In this document: piece by piece, positions 28,878 through 33,074 of the stretch | Layout: every line of letters begins with the position of its first letter | Position numbering within the stretch: the first letter of the stretch is position 1 | From: Leptolyngbyales cyanobacterium | GTDB lineage: Bacteria; Cyanobacteriota; Cyanobacteriia; Leptolyngbyales; Leptolyngbyaceae | Reading direction: 5' to 3' | Assembly (NCBI GenBank): GCA_038250345.1 | Contig: JBBSCL010000001.1 | Span: 1-33,074 of the forward strand | DNA: 33,074 nucleotides | Made by a program: the position numbers and the translations under genes | The notes under the pieces: model-generated | Told to the model about the DNA's origin: nothing | The model's database searches: none | What the model saw: the letters and a program-made list of their open reading frames with translations, nothing else

Positions 28878-29876
28878 TTAGTGACAATCCCGTGGGTTGA
28901 TATCAAATCGTTTGCTAAAGGCGCGACTAAACGCCGGAAGATTGGTATAACCCACCATGTGGGCAACTTCTCCCACCGTCCAATCGCCTATTTGCAATGC
29001 TTCTCGCGCCTGATTCATGCGATAGTCATGCAAATAACCAAACACCGTTGTCCTAAACACCTGGCGAAATTCCCGCTTCAGGGTGCATTCATTCAAGCCA
29101 ATCAGCCGTGCCAGTTCCCCCAAACTAGGAGGGTTGTCCAACTGTTGCCGCAAAATATCTCTGGCATGGTGAATGCGATCGAGCGCATCGGGTTGCACCC
29201 TGCGGCGCGCTGTGCCGATACCGTCAGGGTCGCCCTCCTGCCGTGCCATCTCTGCTGCTGCCGCCAGCCCCAGAAGTTCTAGCGATTTGCCCTCCAAAAA
29301 CATCCGCTTCGGCATCCCTTGAAACTCACACCGCAACATTTGCCGTGCAACCGATTGCATTGCCGGAGTTTCCGTCCCAAACTGTTTATAGCGCGGTTGC
29401 TCCAGTGGTCGCACCCAAGGCTGTAAGGCAGTGGGCAGTTCCCCTTCTGAGTCGCCAATAAGCGATCGCAGCACGTCCCTTCGCATGAAAACCAGCACTT
29501 CTAGAAAAGGCTGCTGATCCAATAACTCAAAGGTCGCTTTGGGCATCACTCCACTACCATATAGACAGTATTGCTTCGCCCCCAGCAGGTCGCCATCATT
29601 CTCATGGCTTCCCGCCAAATGCAGGTGGAACTCTAGATACTCTTCTGGCGCTTATGGCTGGGCAGACTGGACGCGATCGCGCAGTTGGAGATGACCCAGC
29701 GTCAGTGCCAGCCCCTCTCGCAACTGGATCGTGCGCCAATAGCCTTGACCCATGATGGGCGGAAATTTACCCATAAAGTCCTGATCATCGGCTGGATCTG
29801 GATGATACGTCGGCTCGACGCTCTCCATTTCATCAAACAACTCATCGTAGGCAGGTTGGGAAATGCTGACAGTCAT
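28878..29876 (-). pseudogene. AraC/PchR-type regulator no. 1 with in-frame TAA at 29652-29654
   Basis: GQGYWRTIQLREGL...SAQP*APEEYLEFHLHLAG is one continuous frame. The C-terminal PPSL.ELAR..GLNECTLKREF double HTH is present. Confidence 0.88.
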
Positions 29877-29938
29877 AGGGCAATGTCAGGTCAACTGAGA
29901 AACAGAGAACTCTTAACAAGAAAGTATCGCATTAATTT

Positions 29939-30562
29939 CTAGCCCCCACCAGTGAGCAGGCAACCAGGCTTTAAACCTCGCTGAACTGTAGCGCAACGTG
30001 ACAGCACGGTGACACATTGTTTGCAGTAGCGGTTTTGTTCTCCCGTGACCACAATCTCCTCATCGGGTTCTTCTGCTTCCGGGTTAAGGCTGTACGCGAG
30101 TCCTGCGGCTTTCAGCGTCACCTCTTGTTTGGGCAGGGCATTGGTTCCGGTAACGCGCACCCGAATGCTATTGACATCCTGCTGCACCACCTGCACACTG
30201 GCAATTTCCTGAGTTGGATTCTCAGCAGTAAATGCCTGGACCTCGGTTAACGCCAGCACTGCATTGGGAATATCAGCAACTAGGCTGTTACCCTCCGTGC
30301 GAAATTTGGTCGCATCCACCTGTAAGGGTTTGCCTTCTGCGGTTTCTAGGGTGATTTCCAGTCCCGTATCGGTGCGATTTAGCTTCACACCTGTCACCTG
30401 CACGGTTGCTGCTTCCACTTGTGCCAGCCAGTCTTTCACCGTTGTTGCCGGATGGCTCAGATCACGAACACGAGAGACATTGATTGTCTCTGCTTGTGCA
30501 GATGGAGAGAGCAACACTAAAGCAGCGCTAACCAACACACTCAACCGAAATGGAAATGCCAT
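29939..30562 (-). pseudogene. Truncated TonB-dependent receptor no. 2 (signal peptide and AMIN only)
   Basis: Paralogous to the N-terminus of receptor no. 1. Similarity stops after EEIVVTGEQNRY (about 30027). Confidence 0.85.
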
Positions 30563-30591
30563 ACCACTCACACTCACACACGCAACAGTTA

Positions 30592-30609
30592 TCAAGAATA
30601 TATCTCAAG
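30592..30609. promoter_or_regulatory. Fur-type box upstream of receptor no. 2
   Basis: Minus strand CTTGAGATATATTCTTGA. Confidence 0.5.
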
Positions 30610-30645
30610 AAGATCACTGTGAAGTAGAGCAGGATGGTAGCCAGG

Positions 30646-30687
30646 TTTGATCCTTAGCCGGAATTTTTTGATCCCTAGCCGGAATTT
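30646..30687. repeat. 21-bp tandem direct repeat; putative AraC operator
   Basis: TTTGATCCTTAGCCGGAATTT / TTTGATCCCTAGCCGGAATTT, next to the AraC stop. Confidence 0.8.
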
Positions 30688-30688
30688 T

Positions 30689-31696
30689 TTAGATCAGTTG
30701 GCTTTTTTTATGAGCGATCGCGTAAGCTTTGGGCGTAATTCCAAACTTTTCTTTGAAGGCAGATGAAAAGTGTCCTCGGTGAGTAAAGCCAATTTCCCGC
30801 GCCACTTCTGCCACACTCATCTCCCCAGTTACCAACAGCCAACTTGCTTGCGTTAAGCGGTAGTCATGCAGATAGTCAAACACACTCTTGCCAAATACCT
30901 GGCGAAACCCTCGCTTAAGGGTGCAATCGTTTAGCTCCACCTGACGAGCCAAATCCATTAATGAGGGCGGATGATCTAACCGTTGCAGCAAGATAGTCTT
31001 TGCTTGATAAATTCGATCCAGATCATCCAGGTTCAACGCAGGGGGATGGGTTTTCCCCAGCCGCAGCTCAATTTCCTGCTCCACCATCAGCGCCAGCAGT
31101 TCCAATACTTTGCTTTCAAGATAGATACGTTTCGCCGTTCCTTGATAGCATCGGCGCAGCAGTTGTTGTACCGCAATCTGCATCTCTGTCGTGATCGTGC
31201 CATAACGATAGTAGTATTTCTGATTAGGTTGCTTGAGTAAATGCAGCGATTCCAGATCAATGTCTCTGCCAGGTTTGGCAAGAAATGAGCGAAACAGGGT
31301 AGCGGAAATATGAACATTGATTTGGAGCATCGACTGTTGGGCAGATTCTTCATATAATCCGCCCGGCGCTAAACCACTGCCACAGAATCAGTAGTGTCCT
31401 GGAGTCACGACTTCCTCTTTGTTCTTAATCTGGAAATTGCTTGCCAGCAGAAAGCCACACTGGATTGGGTGCTCGTGCTCGTCAAATTTCCGCCTCAAGC
31501 CGTTGTGGAGTTGATAATCCATCACCTGCAATTCCAACCCCTCGCGTAACTCAATCTCGCGCACAAATCCCTTTCCTAGCGTAGGGGGAAAGCTCCAACT
31601 GACATCCAATTGATCTAAGGGGTCAATGTGTTGGGGTGCGGCGTTGGCTTCGTCCCAAAGATTTGAGTAAGCTTGTGATGAAATGACGATCGCCAT
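30689..31696 (-). pseudogene. AraC/PchR-type regulator no. 2 with in-frame TGA at 31388-31390
   Basis: PGHY*FCGSGLAP...SMLQINVH is one continuous frame. The HTH PPSLMDLARQVELNDCTLKRGF is present. Confidence 0.88.
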
Positions 31697-31716
31697 AATT
31701 TACCCCCAATCAACAT

Positions 31717-31740
31717 TTTATTGAGAAATAATCTCATAAA
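31717..31740. promoter_or_regulatory. Fur-type box upstream of AraC no. 2
   Basis: TTTATTGAGAAATAATCTCATAAA, with a TGAGA-N5-TCTCA palindrome. Confidence 0.65.
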
Positions 31741-31805
31741 ATATCGTTTAAAACATCGTTGATTCAAAAGAGAAATGGCGCTTATCTTTCTCCCATGAGG
31801 TAACC

Positions 31806-32912
31806 TTACGGCTGACTCAAGTAGCAGTGGCAATCGGGTTTAGCAATCAGCGATTCTGCCAAAGCATTGAGCGCGGTGGCTGCCAATAATCCACCGCCAA
31901 TCGTTCCCTCAATGGTAATGAAGGGAACTCCAGAGCGCATCAACTGACGCTTGGCGATCGGCGCATGGCTAAACCCGATCGGCATTCCTATTACTAATGC
32001 AGGCTGAATCTGCTGTTGCGAGATCGCTTTACAAACAGTCAGCAAGACCGATGGCGCATAGCCAATAACGAGAATACAGCCAGATTTACAGGCTTGCAAG
32101 CGTTCTTGCCAAAGTTGCTGCTGCCAAAATGCCTGCTCTGCCTCGTCAGCATTGGTAATATGCGGATCATCGATCAGTGTGGCAATGTCGCAGCCCAGAT
32201 GGCGCAGACGCGGTTGATCGAGCGCGCTGGTGACGGCGGGAACATCCGCCACAATTTGGCAGCCTGCTTTCAAAACCTCTCGACTGACCGCGATCGCATC
32301 CCGGCTCAACCGGACAAAAGATACCAGGCTGACATCGCCACACGCCAACACTAAGCGAGACAACAAATCGACTTCAATTTCAGAACGATCGCTTAAGTCG
32401 GGCAACAGCCAGTGCAGCGATTCCTGGAAGACTTCGGGATGCTGATGCACTTCTGTATCCATTTCATTCCACAGATGCTCAAAGCTATCCAGACTGGTTT
32501 GAGTCTCGGCTTCTAACTGTTTCAATCGGGAGATCGCTTCTGCCTGCGTTGCCTGACAGTGGCGATCGCGCCCCAACAGCCGTTCGAGTGCCGTTGCCGT
32601 ATGGCGTAACTGGGTGATCTGCTGCATCACTGTTTGGTATTGCCGATATAACTGAGTCAACAGAATTTCAGGCGTTTCGCTGGCTAAATCGGCTTCCAGC
32701 AATTTCTGAATATGCGTCAGTTGAAATCCCTGTTTCTTCAACGCCATGATGCGCTTGAGCCGTTGCACATCCTGTTGAGTGTAAAGGCGGTAATTTCCGG
32801 GCGATCGTTCTGGCTGAGGCATCAACCCCAACTGATGATAATGCCGCACCATCCGGGGAGTAATGCCTGTTCCGATCGCATCGGTTAATTCTTTAATCGT
32901 GAGAGGACTCAT
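31806..32912 (-). CDS. coaR: CoaR/CorR-like cobalt sensor: MerR HTH fused to a precorrin-8X methylmutase-like domain
   Basis: TPRMVRHYHQLGL...GNYRLY, VIGYAPS, LVIGMPIGF and a C-terminal CHC motif. Confidence 0.8.
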   Translation of the reverse strand: MSPLTIKELTDAIGTGITPRMVRHYHQLGLMPQPERSPGNYRLYTQQDVQRLKRIMALKKQGFQLTHIQKLLEADLASETPEILLTQLYRQYQTVMQQITQLRHTATALERLLGRDRHCQATQAEAISRLKQLEAETQTSLDSFEHLWNEMDTEVHQHPEVFQESLHWLLPDLSDRSEIEVDLLSRLVLACGDVSLVSFVRLSRDAIAVSREVLKAGCQIVADVPAVTSALDQPRLRHLGCDIATLIDDPHITNADEAEQAFWQQQLWQERLQACKSGCILVIGYAPSVLLTVCKAISQQQIQPALVIGMPIGFSHAPIAKRQLMRSGVPFITIEGTIGGGLLAATALNALAESLIAKPDCHCYLSQP

Positions 32913-32917
32913 GTTAC

Positions 32918-33074
32918 CTATAGGTCTGGTTCAATTCCAGCGGCTCGTAATTGAGCGGCTAGGCGTTCTATCTGTTCTGTGCCCCACAGGAGTAAATTCC
33001 CCTGCTCATCCCACCAGCGCAGCCAGTAGCCTTGGCGGTTTTCACGGGTTCCCTGCCAGACTCCCAAAAAAAGC
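32918..33074 (-). CDS. Uma2 (DUF820) family protein, C-terminal end; the gene starts right of the window
   Basis: Own translation: LFLGVWQGTRENRQGYWLRWWDEQGNLLLWGTEQIERLAAQLRAAGIEPDL*. Confidence 0.75.
   Translation of the reverse strand, partial: LFLGVWQGTRENRQGYWLRWWDEQGNLLLWGTEQIERLAAQLRAAGIEPDL

Noticed and set aside
29913-29935. Fur-like box upstream of AraC no. 1
   Set aside because: The position fits, but the match (TTAACAAGAAAGTATCGCATTAA) is too degenerate to call.
31388-31390. In-frame TGA as selenocysteine or a TGA=Trp code
   Set aside because: Many intact genes here end in TGA, the sister AraC has a TAA, and the neighbouring genes are broken. A TGG>TGA nonsense change is simpler.

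Overview
Cyanobacterial DNA (HIP1 GCGATCGC occurs throughout) with two contrasting metal-homeostasis blocks. After the 3' part of a filamentous-haemagglutinin-family gene comes a ~25 kb zinc-starvation island (about 1.8-26.6 kb). It has its own zur and six Zur-box-like palindromes (TGAkAATnATTmTCA), mostly at divergent promoters. It encodes znuABC, a frameshifted second znuA, a Zn-independent HemB, probable extra copies of ThrRS, CysRS, FolE, HisI and SufE, three COG0523 GTPases, a WD40 protein, and a CcmM-like gamma-carbonic anhydrase with a single RbcS-like domain. It also holds three poorly understood modules: (1) CobW_C protein, two atypical metallophosphoesterases and a methyltransferase; (2) a DsrE/SaoD-like protein, a membrane protein, a CxEPGCPP protein and DUF1636; (3) a Cys-tailed flavoprotein with a FeoB-like GTPase-permease. 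From about 26.6 to 31.7 kb lies a decaying Fur-type iron-uptake block: two AraC genes with nonsense codons, two truncated AMIN/TonB-dependent receptors with tandem operator repeats, a dacB fragment, and an MNT antitoxin beside an internally deleted HEPN toxin. A CoaR-like MerR-CobH fusion and the end of a Uma2-family gene close the window. One COG0523 gene carries two 24-nt in-frame micro-insertions, one inside a HIP1 site. All family calls come from motif recognition; no searches were run.
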